Below, one piece after another: positions 27,316-36,866 of a stretch of DNA of 64,000 bases; within the stretch, counting starts at the first letter, position 1; every line of letters starts with the position of its first letter. A model generated the notes under the pieces. The model was not told the DNA's origin. It did no database searches and saw nothing but the letters and a program-made list of their open reading frames with translations. The stretch is from Candidatus Omnitrophota bacterium (GTDB taxonomy: Bacteria; Omnitrophota; Gorgyraeia; Zapsychrales; Zapsychraceae): assembly GCA_003528115.1 (NCBI GenBank), contig DOGZ01000017.1, positions 8,795-72,794 on the forward strand. The letters are read 5' to 3'. Both the position numbers and the translations under genes were made by a program.

Positions 27316-28653
27316 ATGATGCTGGTGGTAATGATAGTTGTCTTGATAAATACGGCCCTTCTGGCCGTTCTTTTTTTGCGCGATAAAGAGAGGGCGTGGG
27401 GTTCTTTGGGAAACCAAATAAGCGGTATTGAGAAAAATCAGGAAAGGCTGGAACGTTTACTGCGGGAAGAAATCTCAAAGGGCCGCGCGGAGGCGGGAGC
27501 CAATTTCCAGAAAGCCCGGGAAGAACAAAGCGAACACCTCAATGCCTTCAGTAACGCTGTTCTATCCCGTATGACGGAGGTTTCTACGTTACATAAAAAT
27601 CAATTGGATTCCTTTATTCAACAGTTATCCGCTCTGACACAGATGAATGAACAGAAACTGGAAAAGCTCAGAGAAGTCGTCGAAGAACGGCTTAAACATT
27701 TACAGGAAGATAACAGCCAAAAGCTGGAGAAAATGCGGGAAACGGTCGATGAGAAATTGCATTCAACATTAGAGCGACGTCTGGGAGAATCCTTTCAGAT
27801 TGTCAGTGAGAGATTGGAGAAGGTGCATCAGGGGTTGGGGGATATGCAGAATCTGGCCACAGGGGTGGGGGATTTGAAGAAAGTCCTTTCGAATGTCAAG
27901 ACCCGGGGAATTTTAGGAGAGGTCATCTTGGAAAACTTGCTGGAACAGATTTTGATTCCGGAGCAATACGAAAAGAATGTCGTGATTAAAAAAGATAGCC
28001 GTGAAGCTGTTGAGTTTGCCATCAAATTCTCCGGACGGGATCACCCGGTGGTGTATTTGCCCATAGACTCAAAGTTTCCGACGGAAGACTTTGAGAAATT
28101 GCAGCAAGCCCAGGAACACGTTGATTTGGTTATGATTGAGGAGGCCGCTAAGGCTTTAGTCAACAGGTTAAAGGGGGAGGCGAAGAAAATTCGGGATAAA
28201 TACATTGATCCGCCGCGCACAACGGATTTTGCTATCATGTTTCTCTCCACGGAGGGACTTTTTGCGGAAGTTTTGCGTCGGCCCGGTCTTTTTGAATCCA
28301 TGCAACGGGATTATAAGATTACCGTCGCGGGGCCCACCACTTTGGCCGCAATTCTCAACAGCTTGCAGATGGGATTTCGTACGTTGGCTGTCGAGAAACG
28401 GGCAAGCGAAGTCTGGAATTTGCTGGGGACTGTGAAAACGGAGTTTGGCAAATTCGGGGATCTTCTTGAGAAAACCCAAGAGAAATTGCAGCAGGCCAGC
28501 AATAATATTGAAGATGCCGCGCGAAAATCCCGGACGATCGAGAAGAAATTAAAAGATGTCCAGGTCTTGCCATCCATGGCGGAGAAGCCGTTATTGGGTG
28601 AGAACGGGGCCGAAGATCTTTATGAGCTGACGCACGATGACACCGCTGTTTGA
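27316..28653 (+). CDS. rmuC: DNA recombination protein RmuC
   Basis: N-terminal TM helix, a long coiled coil, and the C-terminal RmuC nuclease-like domain. Confidence 0.8.
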   Translation: MMLVVMIVVLINTALLAVLFLRDKERAWGSLGNQISGIEKNQERLERLLREEISKGRAEAGANFQKAREEQSEHLNAFSNAVLSRMTEVSTLHKNQLDSFIQQLSALTQMNEQKLEKLREVVEERLKHLQEDNSQKLEKMRETVDEKLHSTLERRLGESFQIVSERLEKVHQGLGDMQNLATGVGDLKKVLSNVKTRGILGEVILENLLEQILIPEQYEKNVVIKKDSREAVEFAIKFSGRDHPVVYLPIDSKFPTEDFEKLQQAQEHVDLVMIEEAAKALVNRLKGEAKKIRDKYIDPPRTTDFAIMFLSTEGLFAEVLRRPGLFESMQRDYKITVAGPTTLAAILNSLQMGFRTLAVEKRASEVWNLLGTVKTEFGKFGDLLEKTQEKLQQASNNIEDAARKSRTIEKKLKDVQVLPSMAEKPLLGENGAEDLYELTHDDTAV

Positions 28654-28684
28654 TCATGTCTTCCCTTCAGAGGTGGTCACATTC

Positions 28685-29380
28685 ATGAGTGACCGGAGTC
28701 TCGATTTTGCTCAAGGCAGCAAGATTCCAAGGGAGGGAAGATTCAATGCTCAACAGAAAAGTTTCTTGGCCGAGCAACTGGGATTTGTCCCGTCTTTTCT
28801 GGCGGATGTCCGGCAGGTCCATGGCCGCAGGGTGATCCTGGCGACGGAAGAATTTATGCGTAGGAACGATTTTCCTGAAGAAGCGGACGGCTTGGTGACG
28901 AACATTTCCAACGTAGCCCTTGTCATCAGGACAGCGGACTGCCTGCCTGTTTTTATGTATGATACGAAAAGAAAATGTTTAGGGCTTCTTCATGCCGGAT
29001 GGCGTGGGAGTTATCAAAATATCGTTCAGCAAGCCGTGAGTATTATGCGTCAAAATTTTCGTACAGAGCCTCAAGATTTAAAAGCGGCCCTGGGACCCGC
29101 TATTAGGTCATGTTGTTATCAAGTGGGAGGGGAATTTAGAGATTACTTCCCCCGAGAGATTATCCATCGAAACCAGGATGTTTATTTGGATTTGCCGCAG
29201 GTGAATACGCGTCAATTGGTTGAGTTGGGCGTTTGGAAGGAAAATATATTTGACTGCGGACTGTGCACGTGTTGCGATAAGCGATTTTTCTCGTACAGGA
29301 GAGAAGGAAACGAGGCCGGCCGGATGATCTCGCTTATGATGTTACGGGAGACGCCGACGCAAAAATCTTCAAGGAGTTGA
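28685..29380 (+). CDS. pgeF: PgeF/YfiH family purine nucleoside phosphorylase / multicopper polyphenol oxidoreductase
   Basis: DUF152 motifs (ADCLPV; HAGWRG; CTCC). Start chosen at the ATG with a GAGGTGG RBS. Confidence 0.7.
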   Translation: MSDRSLDFAQGSKIPREGRFNAQQKSFLAEQLGFVPSFLADVRQVHGRRVILATEEFMRRNDFPEEADGLVTNISNVALVIRTADCLPVFMYDTKRKCLGLLHAGWRGSYQNIVQQAVSIMRQNFRTEPQDLKAALGPAIRSCCYQVGGEFRDYFPREIIHRNQDVYLDLPQVNTRQLVELGVWKENIFDCGLCTCCDKRFFSYRREGNEAGRMISLMMLRETPTQKSSRS

Positions 29381-29383
29381 TCC

Positions 29384-29710
29384 ATGTGTATAGTTGTCTT
29401 GATGACCGCCAAAGATGCGGGTGAGGCTGAAAAGATTGTCACCCAACTGGTTGAGGCGAAACTTATTGCTTGTGCAAATATTATCCGAGGTGTCCAATCC
29501 ATCTTTTGGTGGGAAGGTAAAATGGATAAAGCCGATGAGGTCCTGGTGGTGTTAAAGACGCGCAAGACTCTTTTCAAGAAAGTTGAGAAGATGATCAAAT
29601 CCCTGCACAGTTATACTGTCCCCGAGATTATCGCCCTACCTGTTATCGAAGGAAGCAAAGATTATCTGAATTGGATAAAAAATTCCACCGTAAAAGTGAA
29701 GCCGGGATAA
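29384..29710 (+). CDS. cutA: Divalent-cation tolerance protein CutA
   Basis: CutA1 family hallmarks: the size fits and the WEGK region is present. Confidence 0.75.
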   Translation: MCIVVLMTAKDAGEAEKIVTQLVEAKLIACANIIRGVQSIFWWEGKMDKADEVLVVLKTRKTLFKKVEKMIKSLHSYTVPEIIALPVIEGSKDYLNWIKNSTVKVKPG

Positions 29711-29723
29711 TCAGAAAGATTGA

Positions 29724-31280
29724 TTACAGCCCCCGGTCTTTGGGCGACGGAATATTGTTAACCAATCCTGCCTTAAGTCTGAGCCTATCGAGAAAGTCTC
29801 CGAAAGCTTTATTCTTTTTTTCCTGCAAAAGGTCATTGGCGAGCTTTGTTTTCTCCGCTTCAAACTTATCTTGTTCCGCAGGAATAGAGGAATCCCAATG
29901 GAGGATACAATACCCTTGGGGGATCTCAACGACGCTGCTGACCTTTTCTTGTTCAGTTAAACGGAAAGCCGCTTCTTGAAATTCATTGGAGATACCGATT
30001 TGAGGTAAGTATTGACCCCGCGCGAATACAGGCGTTTGATGGATGTCTAATCCCAAGGCCTTGGCGGTTTCTGGGAAATTGTCAAGGCCGCTGGGATTAA
30101 ACGCTTTCTTAATAGATTCAAGATATTCCTTGGCTTTTACGCCGGCGATTTTTTTGGCCTTCATTTGTAAGACGGCTTGATTAACTTTATCTTGGACCTC
30201 CGCATACGGGGGGACATAAGACTCTCTTTTTTCTTTAATTTGGGGGATGAGAAGGCCTTTAGTTGTTTCAAACGGGCCGCTTATCTGATTGACATTGAGC
30301 TGGAAAATTTTATCGATGGTCTCATAAGACCAGCCTAAAGTCAGGACGGGTTGTTCCATGCTGAAAAAACCGGTGGTTCTTACTTCTAGTCCGTTTTTTT
30401 GGGCGACTGCGTGAATATTAGGATTAGAAAGAAGCTCTTCAAAAACGGATTGCGCTTTTTCTCGGATTTCGTCTATTTTTTTCTCGTTTTGTTCGCTTTC
30501 AGGGGGTGGTTGAGTTTTTTGTTGTTGATCGCCGCTTTCAGTCGGAGCGGGTGTTAACTCCGGGGGCGCTTCAGGGAATTCAAAGTGGATGTAATTGATA
30601 TCAACGGTGGGCGGTACAAGGAACTCATGATCATGTTCACGATAATACTGTTGCAATTCATCGGCATTGGTCGTTACCTGATTGCTAAATTGATCAGGAG
30701 AAATAAAGACATAACTGATTTGGATCTTTTCATTGATTTTTTTATATTCTTCAAAGATTTCTTCATCCGCAAGAGAGAGAGAGACCGTTTCTTGGTTAAT
30801 GATTTCCTGAATTTTAAGATTGTCACGAATCCCCTCTTCAAAGTTTCTGGCGGTGATCTTAAAAGCAAAACGGAGGATATCATTATAGAGAAGAGTATCG
30901 AATTGGCCGTCCCTTTGGAAAAAAGGAAATGATTCAATGGTCTTAACGACGCGGTCATCCGGAATTTGGATATGCCTTCTTTTAGCCTCATAAAGGAGGA
31001 TGAGCCGGTCCCAGGTTTGGTTTTCTAAATTAAGAAATTGTTTGAAGGATTGATAATTTTTCCCATAGTTTAACATCGCCTGGATATCGGTATGGTGATA
31101 GACCTGTTTAAATTCTTCCAAAGACACGTTCTTACCGAAGACTTTTCCGGCAACATCCTGATTTGAATTGCTGTTCAATAGGTAGGCAGTTCCGAAAAAT
31201 CCAAAGGAAATTATTATCAAAATAGCTATAATCCATATGATTTTTTTGGCAAGGCCCTTTTTGCGTAAGATGTTGAGCAT
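29724..31280 (-). CDS. ppiD: Periplasmic chaperone / peptidyl-prolyl isomerase PpiD-like
   Basis: N-terminal TM anchor, a SurA_N-like domain, and a long periplasmic chaperone region. RBS AAGGAGA. Confidence 0.65.
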   Translation of the reverse strand: MLNILRKKGLAKKIIWIIAILIIISFGFFGTAYLLNSNSNQDVAGKVFGKNVSLEEFKQVYHHTDIQAMLNYGKNYQSFKQFLNLENQTWDRLILLYEAKRRHIQIPDDRVVKTIESFPFFQRDGQFDTLLYNDILRFAFKITARNFEEGIRDNLKIQEIINQETVSLSLADEEIFEEYKKINEKIQISYVFISPDQFSNQVTTNADELQQYYREHDHEFLVPPTVDINYIHFEFPEAPPELTPAPTESGDQQQKTQPPPESEQNEKKIDEIREKAQSVFEELLSNPNIHAVAQKNGLEVRTTGFFSMEQPVLTLGWSYETIDKIFQLNVNQISGPFETTKGLLIPQIKEKRESYVPPYAEVQDKVNQAVLQMKAKKIAGVKAKEYLESIKKAFNPSGLDNFPETAKALGLDIHQTPVFARGQYLPQIGISNEFQEAAFRLTEQEKVSSVVEIPQGYCILHWDSSIPAEQDKFEAEKTKLANDLLQEKKNKAFGDFLDRLRLKAGLVNNIPSPKDRGL

Positions 31281-31481
31281 GATCTCTCCTTAACTAAATC
31301 ATTCAAAAGAATAGGGGGGGAAATAATAAGTGCATGTGAAATTGATGGAGGCGATTATATATATGAAACGGGTGTTTGACAAGGAATTTCCAGCCCTTCC
31401 GCCCCCCCTTGTTTTATTCCCCCTCAAATTAGAAAATAATTTCTCCTTAAATATATCGACGATTGCTACCTATGGAGGAGG

Positions 31482-31521
31482 CCTTGTTCGTCGAAGAAAA
31501 ACTTTTCTAATTCGAACAAGG
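31482..31521. repeat. Perfect 9-bp inverted repeat CCTTGTTCG-n22-CGAACAAGG in the ppiD/hisG divergent intergenic region
   Basis: Read directly. No downstream U-tract. Confidence 0.5.
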
Positions 31522-31546
31522 GCAGAGAAGGGAAAAGAAATTAGTC

Positions 31547-31575
31547 TTTACAAGTGAAATGGGCCTCGTTATAAT
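31547..31575 (+). promoter_or_regulatory. Near-consensus sigma70-type promoter upstream of hisG (TTTACA-N17-TATAAT)
   Basis: Hexamers and spacer read directly, about 60 nt upstream of hisG. Confidence 0.4.
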
Positions 31576-31636
31576 ACCGCTTCATTATCAGATTCTTTGT
31601 GGTCAATTTTTAAATAACAGAGAAGATATTTAAGAA

Positions 31637-32521
31637 ATGGATGGAATGAAAAAGCTAAAATTAGGTTTACCTAAGGGGAGTTTGCAGGAAGCCACCATTA
31701 AGGTCTTTGAACGGGCCGGTTTTCAGATTTATGTCTCCGGCCGGTCCTATTTCCCAACGATAGATGACGATGAGATCGATCCGGTCCTTTTACGGGCACA
31801 AGAGATGTCCCGTTACGTGGAAGAGGAGGCCTTGGACTGTGGTATTACCGGCGCTGATTGGATCCAGGAAAATAATTCTGATGTGATTTTCTTGGCGGAT
31901 TTGATTTATGCCAAACAGAGCGCGGTAAAGGTTCGTTGGGTTTTAGCTGTTCCTGAAAAGGCCTCGATTAATTCCGTTAAGGATTTAAATGGGAAAAGGA
32001 TTGCCACCGAGCTCGTGAATGTCACAAAGAGTTATTTGAGAAAGAACAAGGTCAAGGCGGATGTTGAATTTAGCTGGGGAGCGACCGAGGCGAAGGTGGC
32101 GGATGGCCTGGTAGATGCGGTGGTTGAGTTAACGGAAACAGGAAGCAGTTTACGGGCTCATAAGTTGCGGATCATTGATACTATTTGTGAATCAACCACG
32201 CAATTTATCGCGAATAAAAAAGCGGCTAAAGATCCATGGAAAAAAAGAAAAATGGATCAGGTTGTGATGCTTTTGAAAGGGGCAATCGCGGCCAGGAATA
32301 TGGTGGGTCTAAAAATGAATGTGGAGAAGAAAAATTTTCAAGAAATTTTAAATCTTCTTACATCTCTTAAAGATCCGACGGTCTCGAGTTTAAGCCGGAA
32401 GGATTGGTTTGCTGTTGAGACCGTTATTGATGAAGGCACTGTGCGGACGTTAATTCCAAAACTTAAAGATGCTGGGGCTCAAGGGATTATAGAATACCCG
32501 TTGAATAAACTCATTCATTAA
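31637..32521 (+). CDS. hisG: ATP phosphoribosyltransferase, long form
   Basis: [11 protein letters not shown]-terminus and a C-terminal regulatory domain. Confidence 0.85.
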   Translation: MDGMKKLKLGLPKGSLQEATIKVFERAGFQIYVSGRSYFPTIDDDEIDPVLLRAQEMSRYVEEEALDCGITGADWIQENNSDVIFLADLIYAKQSAVKVRWVLAVPEKASINSVKDLNGKRIATELVNVTKSYLRKNKVKADVEFSWGATEAKVADGLVDAVVELTETGSSLRAHKLRIIDTICESTTQFIANKKAAKDPWKKRKMDQVVMLLKGAIAARNMVGLKMNVEKKNFQEILNLLTSLKDPTVSSLSRKDWFAVETVIDEGTVRTLIPKLKDAGAQGIIEYPLNKLIH

Positions 32522-32553
32522 TTTTGGATTATCCTTGAAATAGGAAAAATTAT

Positions 32554-32655
32554 ATGCCAAGCGGAAAAAAAAGAAAAGCACGTAAAATCAGGACGCACAA
32601 ACGCAAAAAACTAAGAAAAGCTTTGCGACATCTTAAGAAGCGTAAGACCGCGTAA
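32554..32655 (+). CDS. Candidate ribosomal protein bS22-like ultra-basic 33-aa peptide (AURKAIP1/COX24-domain-like)
   Basis: The peptide is MPSGKKRKARKIRTHKRKKLRKALRHLKKRKTA. It has an AGGAAA RBS 5 nt upstream. Its composition and length resemble actinobacterial and Bacteroidetes bS22. The ORF track does not call it. Confidence 0.35.
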   Translation: MPSGKKRKARKIRTHKRKKLRKALRHLKKRKTA

Positions 32656-32837
32656 TTTGCGTTCTTTTATCCTTAAGGATCAATATTGCAAACCCTCAAT
32701 TTCTGAGGCTTGTTCAGGCAGGATCTTGTGATATTCTATGGGAGAGGCTATTCCTCTACGTGGTGCATTTTTGAGGATGTAACCAGCGCTCTTATAGAGA
32801 AACGTGCTCTTCGATAAGATGAACAAAGGGTTAGTTA

Positions 32838-33835
32838 TGCGACAAACAAAAATTCTTAGTGTTTGTGGCGGTTTTAGTGTTTTATTGATACTGCTATTTT
32901 GCGCTAAGACAGAGGCTTTTTTTTATGAAGATAAAATTGCTGTATCTAAAGGTCTGGCCCATTATGCCATAGGGCAGATGCATGATCTCCTTGGGCAGTC
33001 TGATTTGGCGGTATTAGAATACGAAAAAGCTGTTCAGTTCGATGAAACCAGTCATCTCCTGCACCTAAGACTGGGGACAGATTATGCGCGCTTAAATATG
33101 CTCTCTGAGGCTGAGGCTGAGTTGCAGTTAGTCAATAAATATAACCCCGAAGATTTACAATCCCATTATCTCCTTGCCCTCATTTACTCTACTCAAAAAG
33201 AATACGATAAAGCGGCTGGCGAATATGAGTTTATCCTAAAATCGTTTGCGGTCGCCGAACCTCAAAATATTGAGGTTTATGGATATTTAGGGCAGCTTTA
33301 TTACTCTCAAAGAAAATTTGATCAAGCCATTGAGCAGTTTGAAAGGATTTTGGCTATTGAACCTGAAAATGCCGATGTGATGTATTTGTTAAGTTCCCTC
33401 TATCTTGAAGTCAACAAGAGGGACCTCGCTATTAAACTTTTGAAAAAATCCATTGCGATAGACCCGGAACATGACGGCAGCCTTAACACGCTGGGGTATT
33501 TGTATACTGAAGATAATCATCAGTTGGAAGAAGCTGAAAAATTGATAACCCGTGCGTTGAAACTTAGTCCTGATAATGGAGCTTATCTCGATAGTCTGGG
33601 ATGGGTGTATTATAAAAAAGAAAAATATGAAGAGGCGTTAGAAATTTTAAAAAAAGCAGATGCCGTCTTAAAAGACTCTGTCATTTATGATCATATGGGC
33701 GATGTTTACTATAAGTTGAATCGTTTTGAGGATGCCGTAAAGCATTGGGAGCTTTCGCTGGAGCTCCTGCCCGAACAACAAGAAGTTGCTAAAAAAATTA
33801 ATGATGTTAAAAATTTTCAGGCTAATCTCAAATAG
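32838..33835 (+). CDS. Secreted TPR-repeat protein
   Basis: Signal peptide followed by multiple TPR repeats. Confidence 0.6.
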
Positions 33836-33847
33836 TAACTTTACCTC

Positions 33848-34705
33848 ATGAGCGGCCTTCTCCTTCAGTCTCCTGCCAAAGTCAATCTTTTCCTTAAGAT
33901 TCTTAATAAAAGAGCGGATGGGTACCACAATATCGTTACATTATTTGAACGCGTAGATCTCTGCGATGAGATATTTTTGGATTCTAACAAAATTGGCGAT
34001 ATTCGGATTTTCTGTAACCATCCCCATGTTCCTACCGGGCCTAAAAACCTTGCATACAAAGCCGTTAGAATGCTCCAAAAAGATTTCCGGATAACAGAAG
34101 GTGTTGATATCAGAATCAATAAACGAATCCCCGTGGCCGCGGGGTTAGCCGGGGGGTCAAGCAACGCGGCCACAACTCTATTGGGGTTAAACCGTTTATG
34201 GGGGCTACGTTTGGGATCGAAGAAGTTGTTGTTTTATGCCCGTCAAATTGGAAGCGATGTCCCATTCTTTTTATATAATTGTTCATGGGCTTTAGGTCAG
34301 GGAAGAGGGGATGTCATTAAAAAGATAAATATAAGGACAAAGTTATGGCATATTTTGGTTATTCCTCGAATTAAAATGTATTCTTGGAAAGTCTACGGCG
34401 GCTTGAAATTGAAGTTGACAAAAAAAGATGATGATGTTAATATCCTAATCCATCATTTAAGGAAAAATAATTTAGAAGAGGCTAGACGGCAATTAGTTAA
34501 TGATTTAGAGACTTCCATCATAGAGCTATGCCCGAGACTTGAGAAAATACGGGAAAAATTGAAGTTATTGAACGCCCAGAATGCTATGTTTTCTGGGAGT
34601 GGGCCGTGTGTGTTTGGGATGACTGATTCTGAAAAGGATGGCAAGACCATGGCCGTGATATTGAGGAAACGTTTTAATCAAGTATTTGTCGTTAGAACTC
34701 TTTGA
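33848..34705 (+). CDS. ispE: 4-diphosphocytidyl-2-C-methyl-D-erythritol kinase
   Basis: GHMP kinase motif PVAAGLAGGSSNAA and the N-terminal KVNLFLKI. Confidence 0.85.
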   Translation: MSGLLLQSPAKVNLFLKILNKRADGYHNIVTLFERVDLCDEIFLDSNKIGDIRIFCNHPHVPTGPKNLAYKAVRMLQKDFRITEGVDIRINKRIPVAAGLAGGSSNAATTLLGLNRLWGLRLGSKKLLFYARQIGSDVPFFLYNCSWALGQGRGDVIKKINIRTKLWHILVIPRIKMYSWKVYGGLKLKLTKKDDDVNILIHHLRKNNLEEARRQLVNDLETSIIELCPRLEKIREKLKLLNAQNAMFSGSGPCVFGMTDSEKDGKTMAVILRKRFNQVFVVRTL

Positions 34706-34901
34706 AATTCGTTTTAGAGGATGTGTGGCGGCAAGGGAAATGTTTTTTCCCTTATCGGAATAGGTATTGCGAAAGACTTAAACTCGTTACGAACTTCTTA
34801 AAAGAAATGTTTGGGGCAAGAGATTGACACTTCTAAAGGGATGATAGGCTGAGGAAGTGGCAGTTGAAAAGCGTACCGAAACAAAGGAAGGGGTTGAGGG
34901 G

Positions 34902-35306
34902 ATGGAGATTACAGAAATTCGCATATTTCCTAAAGAAGGACAAGACAAAAAGTTAAAAGCGTATACAACAGTGACATTTGATAATTCCTTTGTTGTTAGA
35001 AACATCAAAGTTATTCAAGGTTCGAGTGGGTTATTTATTGCTATGCCATCTCGAAAAATGAAGACTTCGTGTCCCAAGTGTCATTTTAAAAATGAGATCG
35101 GCAGCAGATTCTGTAATCACTGTGGAACTGCTATCCCATCAGATAATACCCAGACACATGAGGGGGATGATAAGGCAGAACATCGTGACATCGCGCACCC
35201 CATAACTCAGCAATTTCGCGAATATCTGCAAACAAATATCTTAGAGGCCTACAATAAAGAAACCGCTAAAACCATTTCTTCGAGTGGTTCTCCAGAACAA
35301 ACTTGA
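34902..35306 (+). CDS. spoVG: SpoVG family nucleic-acid-binding protein with inserted zinc-ribbon
   Basis: The core aligns to SpoVG (MEITEIRIF...FVVRNIKVIQGSSGLFIAMPS...HRDIAHPIT). About 37 aa containing CPKC-x12-CNHC are inserted in the loop. Confidence 0.75.
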   Translation: MEITEIRIFPKEGQDKKLKAYTTVTFDNSFVVRNIKVIQGSSGLFIAMPSRKMKTSCPKCHFKNEIGSRFCNHCGTAIPSDNTQTHEGDDKAEHRDIAHPITQQFREYLQTNILEAYNKETAKTISSSGSPEQT

Positions 35307-35427
35307 TCTAAAATTTTGTCGAAATTAGATAAAGAAGTCCGGATGTGGATTTCCAGAAAAGAGGCTATAGATAAAATGAATCAGGTGCCTCTTAAGATTT
35401 TTTTGTTGCTGAAATAGGATGTTCGAT

Positions 35428-35499
35428 TGCCCGGTGGTGTAATTGGTAACACACGAGAATTTGGATCTCGTTTTCCTGGTTCGAGCCCAGGCTGGGCAG
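35428..35499 (+). tRNA. tRNA-Gln (anticodon UUG)
   Basis: Manual fold: acceptor stem TGCCCGG/CTGGGCA with U1-A72 and G73; D-arm GTGT-AATTGGTA-ACAC; anticodon arm CGAGA-ATTTGGA-TCTCG; T-arm CCTGG-TTCGAGC-CCAGG. No CCA is encoded. Confidence 0.8.
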
Positions 35500-35606
35500 A
35501 TAAATTTGCCGGGTAAAACCCTCAGAATCTTTGTGAGAAGAACATAGATATATAAGGCTATCAATTTTGGTTCTGCTGTTAGGGATGTGACGAAGGGGTG
35601 CGTTTT

Positions 35607-36866
35607 ATGAAAGATTTACGAACGATTATTCTGGCGGCGGGTAAGGGGACAAGAATGAAATCAGCAGTCCCCAAAGTGTTGCAAACAGTTTGCGGACGTC
35701 CGATCATTCAGTATGTTCTGGATATTGCCAAAAATGTCGGTTCTTTGAAAACTTATATTGTTGTCGGTCATAAAAGTGATGACGTAAAAATTTATTTACC
35801 TAAAGAAGTGGTCACTGTTGAACAGAAGCGGTTGTTAGGGACGGCGGATGCTGTTAAGTGTGTGGAAGGGCATCTTAAAAATGACAAGGGGGATGTCCTG
35901 ATATTATGCGGAGATACGCCGCTACTTAATAAAAGAGTCATTGCTGAGCTTATTAGAAAACACCGGCGAACAAAAGCGATAGTCAGTTTCTTGACGGCAA
36001 TTGTCGATCAACCTAAAGGGTATGGCCGCATCTTGCGGGATCAGGCGGGGAGAGCGGTGGCCATTCTGGAAGAAAAAGATGCCAGTGTTCAGCAGCGAGC
36101 AATTAATGAAATTAATGTTGGTGTGTACTGCTTTAATAGCGCAGCGCTGTTTGGGGCGTTAAGAAGCATCAAGATTAATCCAAAGAAACAAGAGTTTTAT
36201 TTAACGGATATTATTGAACTGTTTTCTAAAAGAGGACGGCGGATTGAAACTCTCCGGACAGAAAATCCTGCCGAAGGATTAGGCGTTAATACCAGAGAAG
36301 ATTTGGCCGTTGCCGAGAGAATCTTGCGGCGAAAGATTTTAAAAAAGTTGATGCTTTCCGGGGTGACCATTATTGATCCCCAAACGACGTATATTGATGC
36401 CGATGTGAAAATCGGCAGAGATACGATTATTCGTCCGTGTACTTTTATCGAAAACGATATTCGCATTGGAAAGAACTGTAAGATTGGCCCTTTTGCGCGA
36501 CTAAGGCCAGGGGTGAGGATTGGAGACGAAGTAGAAATTGGGAATTTCACAGAAGTATCGCGCACGAAAATAGGCAAGCAGACTCTTATGAAACATTTTA
36601 GCTATTTAGGCGATTCTTTGGTCGGTTCCAAAGTCAACATAGGGGCAGGGACAATAACCGCTAATTTCGATGGGCAGAAAAAAAATCAAACGATCATCAA
36701 AGATCAAGCTTTTATCGGTTCTGATTCTATTTTAATAGCCCCTGTTAAGGTTGGCAAGAAGGCGATTGTTGGCGCTGGAAGTGTTGTGACAAAAGGAAAG
36801 ATTATTCCAGATGGCAGTATCGTCGTCGGGGTACCTGCTAGGGTCATTGCCAGGAGAAAATTTTAA
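35607..36866 (+). CDS. glmU: Bifunctional UDP-GlcNAc pyrophosphorylase / GlcN-1-P N-acetyltransferase
   Basis: LAAGKGTRM N-terminus and C-terminal LbH repeats. The ATG has an AAGGGG RBS. Confidence 0.85.
   Translation: MKDLRTIILAAGKGTRMKSAVPKVLQTVCGRPIIQYVLDIAKNVGSLKTYIVVGHKSDDVKIYLPKEVVTVEQKRLLGTADAVKCVEGHLKNDKGDVLILCGDTPLLNKRVIAELIRKHRRTKAIVSFLTAIVDQPKGYGRILRDQAGRAVAILEEKDASVQQRAINEINVGVYCFNSAALFGALRSIKINPKKQEFYLTDIIELFSKRGRRIETLRTENPAEGLGVNTREDLAVAERILRRKILKKLMLSGVTIIDPQTTYIDADVKIGRDTIIRPCTFIENDIRIGKNCKIGPFARLRPGVRIGDEVEIGNFTEVSRTKIGKQTLMKHFSYLGDSLVGSKVNIGAGTITANFDGQKKNQTIIKDQAFIGSDSILIAPVKVGKKAIVGAGSVVTKGKIIPDGSIVVGVPARVIARRKF

Noticed and set aside
28168-28657. Cluster of overlapping 76-103-aa ORFs on both strands within rmuC
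   Set aside because: All lie inside the well-supported rmuC reading frame. They are frame-shadow artefacts.
31330-31557. 75-aa plus-strand ORF in the ppiD/hisG intergenic region
   Set aside because: There is no RBS. The product is proline/leucine-rich and low-complexity, and it overlaps the predicted hisG promoter. The region is more likely a structured leader.
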